Below, piece after piece: positions 9,298 through 18,143 of a DNA stretch of 64,000 nucleotides. This DNA is from a virus. Taxonomy: Duplodnaviria; Caudoviricetes. The notes beneath the pieces were generated by a model. It did no database searches, was not told the origin of the DNA, and saw only the letters and a list, made by a program, of their open reading frames with translations. The stretch covers positions 25,717 through 89,716 of the IMG/VR virus record IMGVR_UViG_3300047282_000191; one strand, written 5' to 3'. Positions within the stretch are counted from its first letter, which is position 1. Each line of letters starts with the position of its first letter. A program made the position numbers and the translations under genes.

Positions 9298-9800
9298 TTT
9301 TTATAATCAATCACAAATATACTTCGTTTTTCTTTACACGGCTGACTAGCGTGCATCAACCAACCTGGGATATATATCCAATCTCCTGGAGACAAAGTTC
9401 TAGGATATTCATTCCAATATGGATCATATAATAACACATCAGCTTTACCGACAATATTAACTATTAAAGTCCATTTACTATTTCTGTGGATATGAGGAGT
9501 TTGATATCCTCCGACCTCATAGTCTACCACCCAACTACTTTTTATCTCTTCAGTATAATTAAATTGATTAACTATATTTGAGTGCCAAAGAGGTTGAACA
9601 TCACCCGGTTTAAACGCATATTGCCAACCATTCATAGTTGTGCTTTCAGCACTTACATCAACTTCAAGTAGTTTTTGTATCTCTAACCACTTTTTAAAGT
9701 CTTGTATAGTTTTATCAGAAAGGTCTAGTGTGCCATAAGATATTTCTGCTGGAAATAATACTTCAGTCTGGCTTGTAAACATATGGGACATCAATATCAA
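9294..9800 (-). CDS. 2OG-Fe(II) oxygenase-like cupin
   Basis: Y..GGYQTPHIH and GD.IYIPGWL.H motifs; true start may be the ATG at 9782. Confidence 0.7.
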   Translation of the reverse strand: MILMSHMFTSQTEVLFPAEISYGTLDLSDKTIQDFKKWLEIQKLLEVDVSAESTTMNGWQYAFKPGDVQPLWHSNIVNQFNYTEEIKSSWVVDYEVGGYQTPHIHRNSKWTLIVNIVGKADVLLYDPYWNEYPRTLSPGDWIYIPGWLMHASQPCKEKRSIFVIDYKK

Positions 9801-10371
9801 ATACTAAATTAATTCTTTGTCTATCAGACATATTTGGTTCTACTTCGTGTGGTATCCAAGAAGGCCACAAAATAAGATCTCCATCTTTCGGAAGAAAAAA
9901 GAAATCGCGGGTATATGGTGAAAAATCATTGCAATCATTTAATATATTTGCTGGATTGGTTAAAACTAATCTACCAGTATCAGTAGCTTGTAAGTAATAC
10001 ACACAAGAAAATATACTACCTTTGTGTGCATGATACACATTTCTAGAATATTTCTCATTAATATTACACCAACTACCTATAGATATTGGATCTTCTTCAG
10101 ATGGCATACGAATTCTGCTAGTAGGTTGATTTCCATAATACATAAAAGCATCATTAAGTATAGCAGTTAATGCATTATTAAGCCACTCACAATCTTTTAC
10201 CGGATATGAATATCTCCAACAACCTTCATTATTCGTTAATGAGTTGATATCCTTTGCACCAGAAGCTTTCAATGCTAATAAACGATCTATTAATTCTTGT
10301 CTTTGTTCAGGTGTTCCTACATTAGCATAACTAAATAAATCAGCTCTGAACAGTGTTACCGGTTCTCTCAT
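9763..10371 (-). CDS. 2OG-Fe(II) oxygenase (TIGR02466-like)
   Basis: W.NIN......N..HAH....SCVYY, P..GDLILWPSW..H.V.PN.S...RI...F.I. Confidence 0.85.
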   Translation of the reverse strand: MREPVTLFRADLFSYANVGTPEQRQELIDRLLALKASGAKDINSLTNNEGCWRYSYPVKDCEWLNNALTAILNDAFMYYGNQPTSRIRMPSEEDPISIGSWCNINEKYSRNVYHAHKGSIFSCVYYLQATDTGRLVLTNPANILNDCNDFSPYTRDFFFLPKDGDLILWPSWIPHEVEPNMSDRQRINLVFDIDVPYVYKPD

Positions 10372-11875
10372 ACCAATCCTTTAAAAATTCATAATGATTT
10401 GGAAATGTATCTATAGCATTATCTATTTCAGATCTTTTACATTTAATAAAATATTCAGCGTACTTTAATTCTTCTTTAGAAAGTTGGTATTTTTCTGTAT
10501 CAGCATATGCATCATTGGCATGTAACATACTAAACCAATGTCCGCTATGAAATCCTGAAGTTTTATCATCTAAATAAAAATTTCTGTGTAATATAGGATA
10601 GAATTGACTAAACATCTCTTGCACGTAAATCGGTGCATTTTCAAGTTTTTGGCTTCTAATCTCTTTCCAAAAAGGAGTATCATCTCTATCGCTATAATGA
10701 TAATGAGCCCAAACAAATGCAATAATCTCAACGACCATATTAATATATGAAGCATTAAATGCATTCATAAGATTATCATTCCATATACCGCTGTGATGGT
10801 TTAAACCGTTTGTTAATGCTTCAACTATCTTAGTAGTAAACGTGATGCCAGTAGCTTCTAATGGTTCTACAAATCCAGCCGATAGACCAACTGCTATTAC
10901 ATTTTTATATGCTACTTTCTCTGATGCACCGCATCTCATCTTTAAATGACGAGCTTTAGCATCATACTCACCAATACTATCTCTAAGTTCTTTTTCAGCA
11001 TCCTCTGCAGAGATATGTTTAGATGAATAGACATATCCATTCCCAATTTGTTTGAAAGTAGGGATAGTCCATCTCCAACCACTGGTCATAGTAGTAGCTT
11101 TTGTATATGGATGACATTCATTATGTGGATCTTTATACTGCGTAGGCATAGCTACAGCACTATCGCACGGCAATATACTAGAAATATCCATGAATGGGAC
11201 TTTAAGTTCTTTATTAATTAACTTAGCTTCAAACCCAGTACAGTCTATAAAAAGATCTGCAGTGTGTTTTCTACCTTGTTCATCTAACAAGTATTCAATG
11301 CCTTCATCAGAAGTTTTTATTTCAGTGATCTTAGTATCAAAGTATGTGATCCTATCTTTAATTAGATCAGCAATAGTATCTAATATATCAAATGCAGAGA
11401 AGTGTACAGCTCCCCAATCTTTATATGTTCTTTGCGATAAGTAATGATCAAATCCTTCCAATTTAGGACTTTTATTCGCCATAGCAAGTCTATAAGCTGG
11501 TAACCAATCTCTCCATTCGTTTTTATCTTTATGAATGAAATAATCATGTGCATAAAAATTTGGACCCATAATATGATTTTCTATAAAATCATTATCAACG
11601 AAGTATGGATCTTTGTTCCAACCAGTTAACAACACACCATATTTGAAAGCCGCATGACATGGTTTCATCCACTGTTTAGGCTCTAATCCTGCATCATGCA
11701 AAAATCTAGATGTAAAAGGTTGTGTTCCCTCTCCAACTCCAATAGGTCCTAGTGCTTTACTTTCTATAAGTGTGATATTACAAGGAAAATTTAATCGATT
11801 CGTTATATAAGCAGCAGTTAACCATCCACTGGTGCCACCACCAAATATCGTTATATTCTTTATCTTCTTAATCAT
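10340..11875 (-). CDS. Flavin-dependent tryptophan-halogenase-family protein
   Basis: GGGTSGW FAD-binding motif, IGVGEGT, FIDCTGF, WxWxIP (GWRWTIP), GNGYVYS, GLSAGFVEPLEATGI. Confidence 0.9.
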   Translation of the reverse strand: MIKKIKNITIFGGGTSGWLTAAYITNRLNFPCNITLIESKALGPIGVGEGTQPFTSRFLHDAGLEPKQWMKPCHAAFKYGVLLTGWNKDPYFVDNDFIENHIMGPNFYAHDYFIHKDKNEWRDWLPAYRLAMANKSPKLEGFDHYLSQRTYKDWGAVHFSAFDILDTIADLIKDRITYFDTKITEIKTSDEGIEYLLDEQGRKHTADLFIDCTGFEAKLINKELKVPFMDISSILPCDSAVAMPTQYKDPHNECHPYTKATTMTSGWRWTIPTFKQIGNGYVYSSKHISAEDAEKELRDSIGEYDAKARHLKMRCGASEKVAYKNVIAVGLSAGFVEPLEATGITFTTKIVEALTNGLNHHSGIWNDNLMNAFNASYINMVVEIIAFVWAHYHYSDRDDTPFWKEIRSQKLENAPIYVQEMFSQFYPILHRNFYLDDKTSGFHSGHWFSMLHANDAYADTEKYQLSKEELKYAEYFIKCKRSEIDNAIDTFPNHYEFLKDWYERTGNTVQS

Positions 11876-13545
11876 TTCTTAATCACCAAGATGTAAAGTC
11901 CATTCCACCACTCTCGTGGGTTTTCTTCAGAGTTTAATATTAACTTTTCATATACGACTCTTGCTTCAACTTCATCTAAACCTTCTTTAACACCTTGAGC
12001 TACAGTCTCCCAATTTGCATCGTCAAAAACTAAGATTGCCTCATCAGCTAATATTGGCCAATAATATTTTATTGCATCAGCAGTAGACTTTGCATCATGA
12101 GGACCATCATACATAAACATATCTATTTTAGAATCAATTTCATTCAAATTAACATTTAACATATCTTCTTTGAAAACTTTTACATCTGAAGTTTTTACAT
12201 AAGGAGATATATTATTGATGAATGTATCATAACTATTGGCTTCAGTTTGGAAATCATCTCTAGCCGGTTGAATCTGTTCTTCCCATTTGTCGATCAAGTA
12301 TGCTTTGATTGGATTATTATATAGTACTGCTGCAGCTGTTGCTCCAAGATATGTGCCTACTTCTAAGTAAGATCCGCATTTTGATGCCAACGAGTTTAAC
12401 AGTGTTTGTACTCTGGAACTCGTTAAACCACTAATGTTGATATTAACTCTTGGAATACCGCTCTTAGCTATACAATCAACTACATGTTTTGTAATATCAG
12501 TATAATCATACACGTCTTTTTTCTCTTCTATCTTATCACAATACTGACATTCCCAACAATCAAACTTGCAATTCTTAATTTTATCTCGCCAAATATTAAT
12601 AGGTTTGCCAGATATTTGAGCTTTATTAATAAAGTCATCAAAGTTATCATCTAATATTTCTTCTCCAGCAACATATCTTTCAACTTTTCGCATGGTTTCT
12701 CCCAAGCGATTTATGCTTTCTCTACCATGCATCTTAAAAACATCGATACCCAAATCAAGATATTCATCCCAATCTTTTTTCCAAGGAGAAAAGTTTGCAG
12801 TCTTCAAATAAACTGCTGGATCTTCAACATCCCATTTAGGGCAACTCACTCTACTTATAGAAGAGTTAAAGTATGAAGGATCTTTATCACTACGAGTATT
12901 GTTATATTCGAAGTGTTCATCCATCATAGGACATTCGCCTAAGCAACCTTCGTTGGCCAGTAAACTATATTGGATATCTTTACCTAAATTTATCTTTATC
13001 CATTCTTTAGCTTCTTTTAAACGAAGTAGAGCGTCTCTATCTCTCATCAGATCTCTATCTAAGTTTATATAATCAAACCCCGCTTGTGCTAATGCTACGA
13101 CTTCTACTGGTCTTCTGACATTTCGCAATATAGTATTCTTAACAAATAAATCTGGAAATGCTGCTTTAATTTGACCAGTTGCCATCCAATGAGTGTGGGG
13201 TATGGTCGCTACTTTAATCCCTGCATCATATAACGGCTTAAAGTTAAAGATAAAGGTATCTAAGTTTGTTTGTGTTGGCGGTACTTGAATATTATTAAAT
13301 GTAGCCGATGCCTTTATGCCCAAATATTTTTGAATATTTAAAGCAGTTTCAATAAGGTTGACTTTGTCTTGATTAAATATGATCACATCACCCATAGCAT
13401 CTTGTTTAAATGGGTCTATTCTAGATGTGAAGTATACATCAGCAATCCAGTCTTTATACTGATCTAGCCAATGATAAAATGCCGTAAACTCTTCTTGTGA
13501 AAGTTTAGGATTGATGGGTATGCTAAAGATTTTTTGTGGATTCAC
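11872..13545 (-). CDS. U32-family (Fe-S, TIM-barrel) domain fused to a class I SAM methyltransferase (Methyltransf_24-like)
   Basis: N-part: INLDRDL.R, L.NEGC...CP, FKMHGRE, C...C..C..C. C-part: YLEVGTYLGATA, ID.W, IDMFMYDGPH, L...AILVFDD.NW. Confidence 0.7.
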   Translation of the reverse strand: MNPQKIFSIPINPKLSQEEFTAFYHWLDQYKDWIADVYFTSRIDPFKQDAMGDVIIFNQDKVNLIETALNIQKYLGIKASATFNNIQVPPTQTNLDTFIFNFKPLYDAGIKVATIPHTHWMATGQIKAAFPDLFVKNTILRNVRRPVEVVALAQAGFDYINLDRDLMRDRDALLRLKEAKEWIKINLGKDIQYSLLANEGCLGECPMMDEHFEYNNTRSDKDPSYFNSSISRVSCPKWDVEDPAVYLKTANFSPWKKDWDEYLDLGIDVFKMHGRESINRLGETMRKVERYVAGEEILDDNFDDFINKAQISGKPINIWRDKIKNCKFDCWECQYCDKIEEKKDVYDYTDITKHVVDCIAKSGIPRVNINISGLTSSRVQTLLNSLASKCGSYLEVGTYLGATAAAVLYNNPIKAYLIDKWEEQIQPARDDFQTEANSYDTFINNISPYVKTSDVKVFKEDMLNVNLNEIDSKIDMFMYDGPHDAKSTADAIKYYWPILADEAILVFDDANWETVAQGVKEGLDEVEARVVYEKLILNSEENPREWWNGLYILVIKK

Positions 13546-13570
13546 TCAATTCATCCTATAAAATTATATG

Positions 13571-14296
13571 TTAAAGCTTTACTTCGACTGGATCGCCAAT
13601 CTCCCACGTTAACTTAAAAACTTTTGGGTCAATATTATCTATAGTAGGTCCAGTATCAAGCATTTCTTCAGTTATCGGATCGATAACGACTCTTGTCGTC
13701 GAGGGTTTAATGATATCCCATTTAGCTCCTGACTCAGTAGTACCGTGTTTTGTTTCTGGATCAACTTTTATAAATGCATAATTAAAGTGATTGTGCATGA
13801 TCATATGACAATCATAGTTTGTAATACACGCCTCTATTGAACTTTTAATACCATTTACTTTTTTATTGTATCTAGTTTTGTTACCCTCGGAAAGAGCATC
13901 AAACTGTCTTTGTGTGTAGTGTAAAAGAATAGTTTTAATAAATTCTACAGAATTTTTTTCGTCTTCTTCTGTTATCGTATATGTAAACTTATCTCTTGGC
14001 AACAAAACCCTAGACTTTGGAATATTTAGTGATTCTTTTACCCACTCAAAAGCCTGTTGTTCGACTTTGATGTTCATGGTTTTTCGTTGATTTAAATCAA
14101 TGTGAGAAAACCATGAAGCTCTAGCCACATTTTCTGGCAATTCGATTAATACGTTCTGCAGTTCTTCGGGAAGGTTTGGTATTTCATCATTTATTTGAAA
14201 TACATCATACAACCAAAAACTACATAGGGTTTTATGATCAACCTTTTCTAGAAGTTTTAAAAAGTATTCATTCTTTTCAAGTGTTATATATTTCAT
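13571..14296 (-). CDS. Hypothetical protein
   Basis: Open frame; start moved to ATG 14296 (MKYITLEK) to limit overlap with the upstream gene. Confidence 0.6.
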   Translation of the reverse strand: MKYITLEKNEYFLKLLEKVDHKTLCSFWLYDVFQINDEIPNLPEELQNVLIELPENVARASWFSHIDLNQRKTMNIKVEQQAFEWVKESLNIPKSRVLLPRDKFTYTITEEDEKNSVEFIKTILLHYTQRQFDALSEGNKTRYNKKVNGIKSSIEACITNYDCHMIMHNHFNYAFIKVDPETKHGTTESGAKWDIIKPSTTRVVIDPITEEMLDTGPTIDNIDPKVFKLTWEIGDPVEVKL

Positions 14297-15188
14297 GGAA
14301 TTCTTTTGGTAAAGTAACTTCTGGAGCCTTCGGTGCATCAGGACTATGTTCTAATTTTGCTCTTGCTGCATTGATTAGTTCAATATCTGCATTTATAGCA
14401 TTATTGATAAGTTGGGGATCCAATGAACCAATATAGTTTAATTTACCATCATTGGTTAATTGTAATGATTTAGCTGCTTCTTGACGCAGAGTTACTTGTT
14501 GTTGTTCTACTGCTAAGTTGACTGTATGAGCCAGCGCTAAAGTTTCTTCACGTTGATTAGCATCTAACTGCATGATAGCATCCAAATTGCCTGATCCTAT
14601 TCTACCATATGCACATAGATCCATAGCCGCTTGTCTTGCTAAGCGAACAGTCCAATATTCTCTCTCGTATTTTTCTTCTTCTTCGGTTCCAAGCACTTCT
14701 GTTAGTGGTCTACCATCTGGCGTTTTACCATGAGGACCATTTAAAAATTCTTCTACGAGTTCTAAGAAAAATTGGCGTTCTATATAAAGATCTTTCACAC
14801 GAGTTCTTGTAGATGCAACCCCATTAGTTTTCCTTTTTACTTCTAACTCAAGCATCTCTTTCAATAAAGGATCCGTCTCATTGTCACGGTCTCTCTCAGC
14901 CATCTTAAGCTCAATCTCAACTTTCTTTAGTTCATATTCTTGAGCTTCAAGTGAATCTTCTCGAGCTCGAAGCTCGAGTAAGTATTGTCGAACTATATGA
15001 AATGGAGTATATTCTGCTTGACCCACAAACCATTTCAACTTAAACTTTGGAGTACTCCAATAGTTGTTGTATGAAAATTCTATGAGTTCTTGAGATTTTT
15101 GAGGGAGTAAAGAAACCTCTGTTGAAATTTTCTTTTTAGGGAAGAAGTTCTCGTACTTATATTTGCCGTATTCTACTATGTCAGTCAT
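14277..15188 (-). CDS. Coiled-coil protein, possibly an assembly partner of the adjacent Ig/propeller fibre proteins
   Basis: Long helical E/K/L-rich stretch, TP....RQYLLEL..R motif; directly downstream of the two paralogous fibre genes. Confidence 0.5.
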   Translation of the reverse strand: MTDIVEYGKYKYENFFPKKKISTEVSLLPQKSQELIEFSYNNYWSTPKFKLKWFVGQAEYTPFHIVRQYLLELRAREDSLEAQEYELKKVEIELKMAERDRDNETDPLLKEMLELEVKRKTNGVASTRTRVKDLYIERQFFLELVEEFLNGPHGKTPDGRPLTEVLGTEEEEKYEREYWTVRLARQAAMDLCAYGRIGSGNLDAIMQLDANQREETLALAHTVNLAVEQQQVTLRQEAAKSLQLTNDGKLNYIGSLDPQLINNAINADIELINAARAKLEHSPDAPKAPEVTLPKEFHEIYNT

Positions 15189-15235
15189 TTTTTACCTTTT
15201 TACAAAAATATGATTTAGCTATCATTAACTATATA

Positions 15236-16483
15236 TCAGTCTCTCCAGAAACAGTGTCCTGATGAAGCACCGGCGTGTCCTTGTACTTCTGTACTAAGCG
15301 TTGCACCAGCGTCAGTGGCATATATGATCCTACCGCAACGGTTATTTTGTCCAATAGAATCGTCATATTGTCCGATCATATAACCACGATCTTGTGACAT
15401 ACCATGATTTTCTTCTCCGCAATTGCCCCAAGGTTTGCCGATGGTGCCATAAGACTCGTTCGCGATGTTAATCTTTCTGTAGTTGTAGCCACCAGCATAA
15501 CTACCTTCGTTACCGCCATAACCAAAACCAGTCTTAGCGGGTAAGCCTTTTTGTTGACCGTGAGCGCCGCCTTGCATTCCAATCGTTGCTTGAGTTTCAG
15601 TTGAAAATTCTATACGTCTATTTTGATTACTGCCGCCATGACCCCAATAAATCCCCTTATTTTCACCAGAAACACCAGTAGCATGTCCATCATTACCTCC
15701 ACCTAAGTTAGCGAATGAGTTTGTACTCGCAGTAAACCTAAACATAGTGTTTACACCTTCACCGGTCGTAAATGATCTATTTCTATCTGGAGAAAAGGTT
15801 GTACCTGTATTAGTACAACTATAACCAGGTGCACCAACTCCGTTCACCTTCGTTTCAGTTCTCATATTGAATGTTGTCGTTGAGTTACCGTTCCATATAT
15901 GACCTCTATTACTATCACACATACCAGACTTATAATGGTAGTTATCAATATTTCCGTCACCTAAGTTAGTACATGTCTCTGTAGAACGAGGGAACCTATT
16001 GACGTTTGACCATAAAGTTGAATCTTTGTAACCACCGGCCATGTATAAAGTGGTGATGATTTGACGATATAACCATGGTACTGATAACGTTACACTGTAT
16101 GCACGATCAGACACAGTCTGTGCTCCTGCAGAATTGTCTGCAGCACGTACAGTGAAGTTATAAACCAATCCATCAGTGTTGATACCTGAGGCCGTATACT
16201 GACCCGTTATTTGTCCAGTAGATGCATTCAATGTAAAACCTGGAGGTAATGAACCCGAGACTATAGTGTATGTGATACCGTTGTGCCAAGGGTCAAATAC
16301 TTGTCGTTGACCAGAAACAGATGTGGAACCAGTATTGGCGATCGTATCACCAGCACCGTTTACTGTTGAAGTGCCTAATGAACCTGCTGGAGCTGACGAT
16401 GCGGTATCTTGTATAGCGCCGGGGTGAAATCCACCACGACCGCTAATCCGAATATTTCCACCTTTAGTACCGTATGCTGGCAT
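15236..16483 (-). CDS. Putative receptor-binding protein: Ig-like (He_PIG-type) domain plus Kelch-like beta-propeller
   Basis: TY.I.SGSLPPG.TLN..TG.ITG Ig motif, then repeated Gly-rich blades (YMAGGY, G..YGG, GY.IG.Y). Confidence 0.65.
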   Translation of the reverse strand: MPAYGTKGGNIRISGRGGFHPGAIQDTASSAPAGSLGTSTVNGAGDTIANTGSTSVSGQRQVFDPWHNGITYTIVSGSLPPGFTLNASTGQITGQYTASGINTDGLVYNFTVRAADNSAGAQTVSDRAYSVTLSVPWLYRQIITTLYMAGGYKDSTLWSNVNRFPRSTETCTNLGDGNIDNYHYKSGMCDSNRGHIWNGNSTTTFNMRTETKVNGVGAPGYSCTNTGTTFSPDRNRSFTTGEGVNTMFRFTASTNSFANLGGGNDGHATGVSGENKGIYWGHGGSNQNRRIEFSTETQATIGMQGGAHGQQKGLPAKTGFGYGGNEGSYAGGYNYRKINIANESYGTIGKPWGNCGEENHGMSQDRGYMIGQYDDSIGQNNRCGRIIYATDAGATLSTEVQGHAGASSGHCFWRD

Positions 16484-16486
16484 TTA

Positions 16487-18124
16487 TTAATCTCTCCAAA
16501 AACAATGACCTGATGAAGCTCCACCATGACCTTGAATACTTGTAAATCCAGATGCGATGGCATCTGTAGCATAAATTACTCGACCGCAGTTATTATTTTG
16601 CGCACCGTTATACTCACCTAAGATATAACCTCTGTCTTGAGACATAGCATAGTTTTCTTCACCGCAGTTTGCAAGAGCCTTAGTAATTGTGCCATATGAC
16701 TCGTTAACAATGTTAGTTTTACGCCAGTTATAACCGCCGTTCCAAGATCCTTCATTACCAGCATAACCTAAGTTAACTTTAGAAGATAAACCCTTTTGTT
16801 GATGGTGTGCACTAGCTGCAAGACCGATCGTAGCTTGAGCTTCTGTGGAAAAGTTGATGGAACGGTTTGCATCTCCCCAGAAAATACCTTTATTTTCACC
16901 AGAAATAGCTGATGCAGCTCCACCTTGTCCACCACCAATCGTTGTATATGATTCGCTTGATGCAACAAACCTAAAGCAGTTGCTAACACCGGCTCCTACT
17001 GTGTATGACGTATTTCTATCAGGTGCAAACGCTGTACCAGTGTCTGAGCAAGAATATCCAGGAGCGCCAGGGTTTGCAACTTTGGTCTCTGTACGAATAT
17101 TTGTTTTAGAAGTTTGGTTTAATGATACACCATGACCCCCACCTGCGCCAAATATATAACCAAAGTTATTACTGCACATACCAGACTTATAGTTATAGTT
17201 ATCAATTTGACCATCACCTAGATTGGTGCATGATTCAGTAGCACGCGGGAAACGATTCGAGTTTGACCATGCTGAAGAATCTTTGTAACCACCAACCATA
17301 TACATCGTAGTAATAATCTGACGATATAACCATGGCACAGATAGAGTAACTGTATATGAGCGATCTGAAAATGATGGTGCACCAATAGATGCATCGGTCG
17401 CTCTAACAGTGAATGAGTATACTTGCCCATCGGTATTAATACCTGATGCAGAGTATGTACCAGTGATCTGGCCAGTGGTAGAGTTTAGTGTGAAGCCTGG
17501 AGGTAATGAACCAGATGATATTGAATATGTTACTGCACCATTATGAAACGGATCAATCGTACCGCGCTGACCTGAGATGCGTGTTGAACTCGTATTAGCT
17601 GTTGTATCACCTGTACCATTTACGACTGTAGTACCAAGAGTACCACTTACTTCTGAGACTGGGTTATCAAACGCCCAGATATACATCGCAGAGTTGTTAT
17701 CATAAGGATATGTACCTGGAGTGACATCACGATAGTAAACACTAGTGTTAGATCCATCTAATCCTAATGATTGGTTGCTAGCATATAATGTGTATGCTGA
17801 AACATCTACTGCATTCCATGCAGGAGATCTTAGTAACCATACTCTACATGGTTGTGTTACTGTGAATGTGCCGCTATCAGTCTCATTAATGACTGTAGAT
17901 GTGACCTTACCAACACCCGTTAAGTATGCTGGTAAGTTTTGATATGTAGTCCAAATGGTTTGTGCAGCATCGATCCTAAGTTGTAGACCATTAACAGGAG
18001 ACATGAGCTCAGTACCAGTGCTGACAGAAACTGGATAGTTATTGTCTACTGGTCCAACTCCAGGGTGGAAACCACCCCTTCCCGTATTTCTGCTACTTCC
18101 ACCGGTTGATCCGAATAGTGGCAT
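16487..18124 (-). CDS. Paralog of 15236-16483 with an extra N-terminal domain
   Basis: Same GRGGFHPG N-terminus, same Ig and propeller region, same ASSGHCFWRD C-terminus; about 120 extra residues after GFHPG. Confidence 0.65.
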   Translation of the reverse strand: MPLFGSTGGSSRNTGRGGFHPGVGPVDNNYPVSVSTGTELMSPVNGLQLRIDAAQTIWTTYQNLPAYLTGVGKVTSTVINETDSGTFTVTQPCRVWLLRSPAWNAVDVSAYTLYASNQSLGLDGSNTSVYYRDVTPGTYPYDNNSAMYIWAFDNPVSEVSGTLGTTVVNGTGDTTANTSSTRISGQRGTIDPFHNGAVTYSISSGSLPPGFTLNSTTGQITGTYSASGINTDGQVYSFTVRATDASIGAPSFSDRSYTVTLSVPWLYRQIITTMYMVGGYKDSSAWSNSNRFPRATESCTNLGDGQIDNYNYKSGMCSNNFGYIFGAGGGHGVSLNQTSKTNIRTETKVANPGAPGYSCSDTGTAFAPDRNTSYTVGAGVSNCFRFVASSESYTTIGGGQGGAASAISGENKGIFWGDANRSINFSTEAQATIGLAASAHHQQKGLSSKVNLGYAGNEGSWNGGYNWRKTNIVNESYGTITKALANCGEENYAMSQDRGYILGEYNGAQNNNCGRVIYATDAIASGFTSIQGHGGASSGHCFWRD

Positions 18125-18143
18125 TTATACTACCCTTTCAGAA

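Noticed and set aside
15236-18124. Diversity-generating retroelement (TR/VR) between the two similar fibre 3' ends
   Set aside because: The differences are mostly synonymous at all bases rather than adenine-specific, and no reverse transcriptase is in the window.
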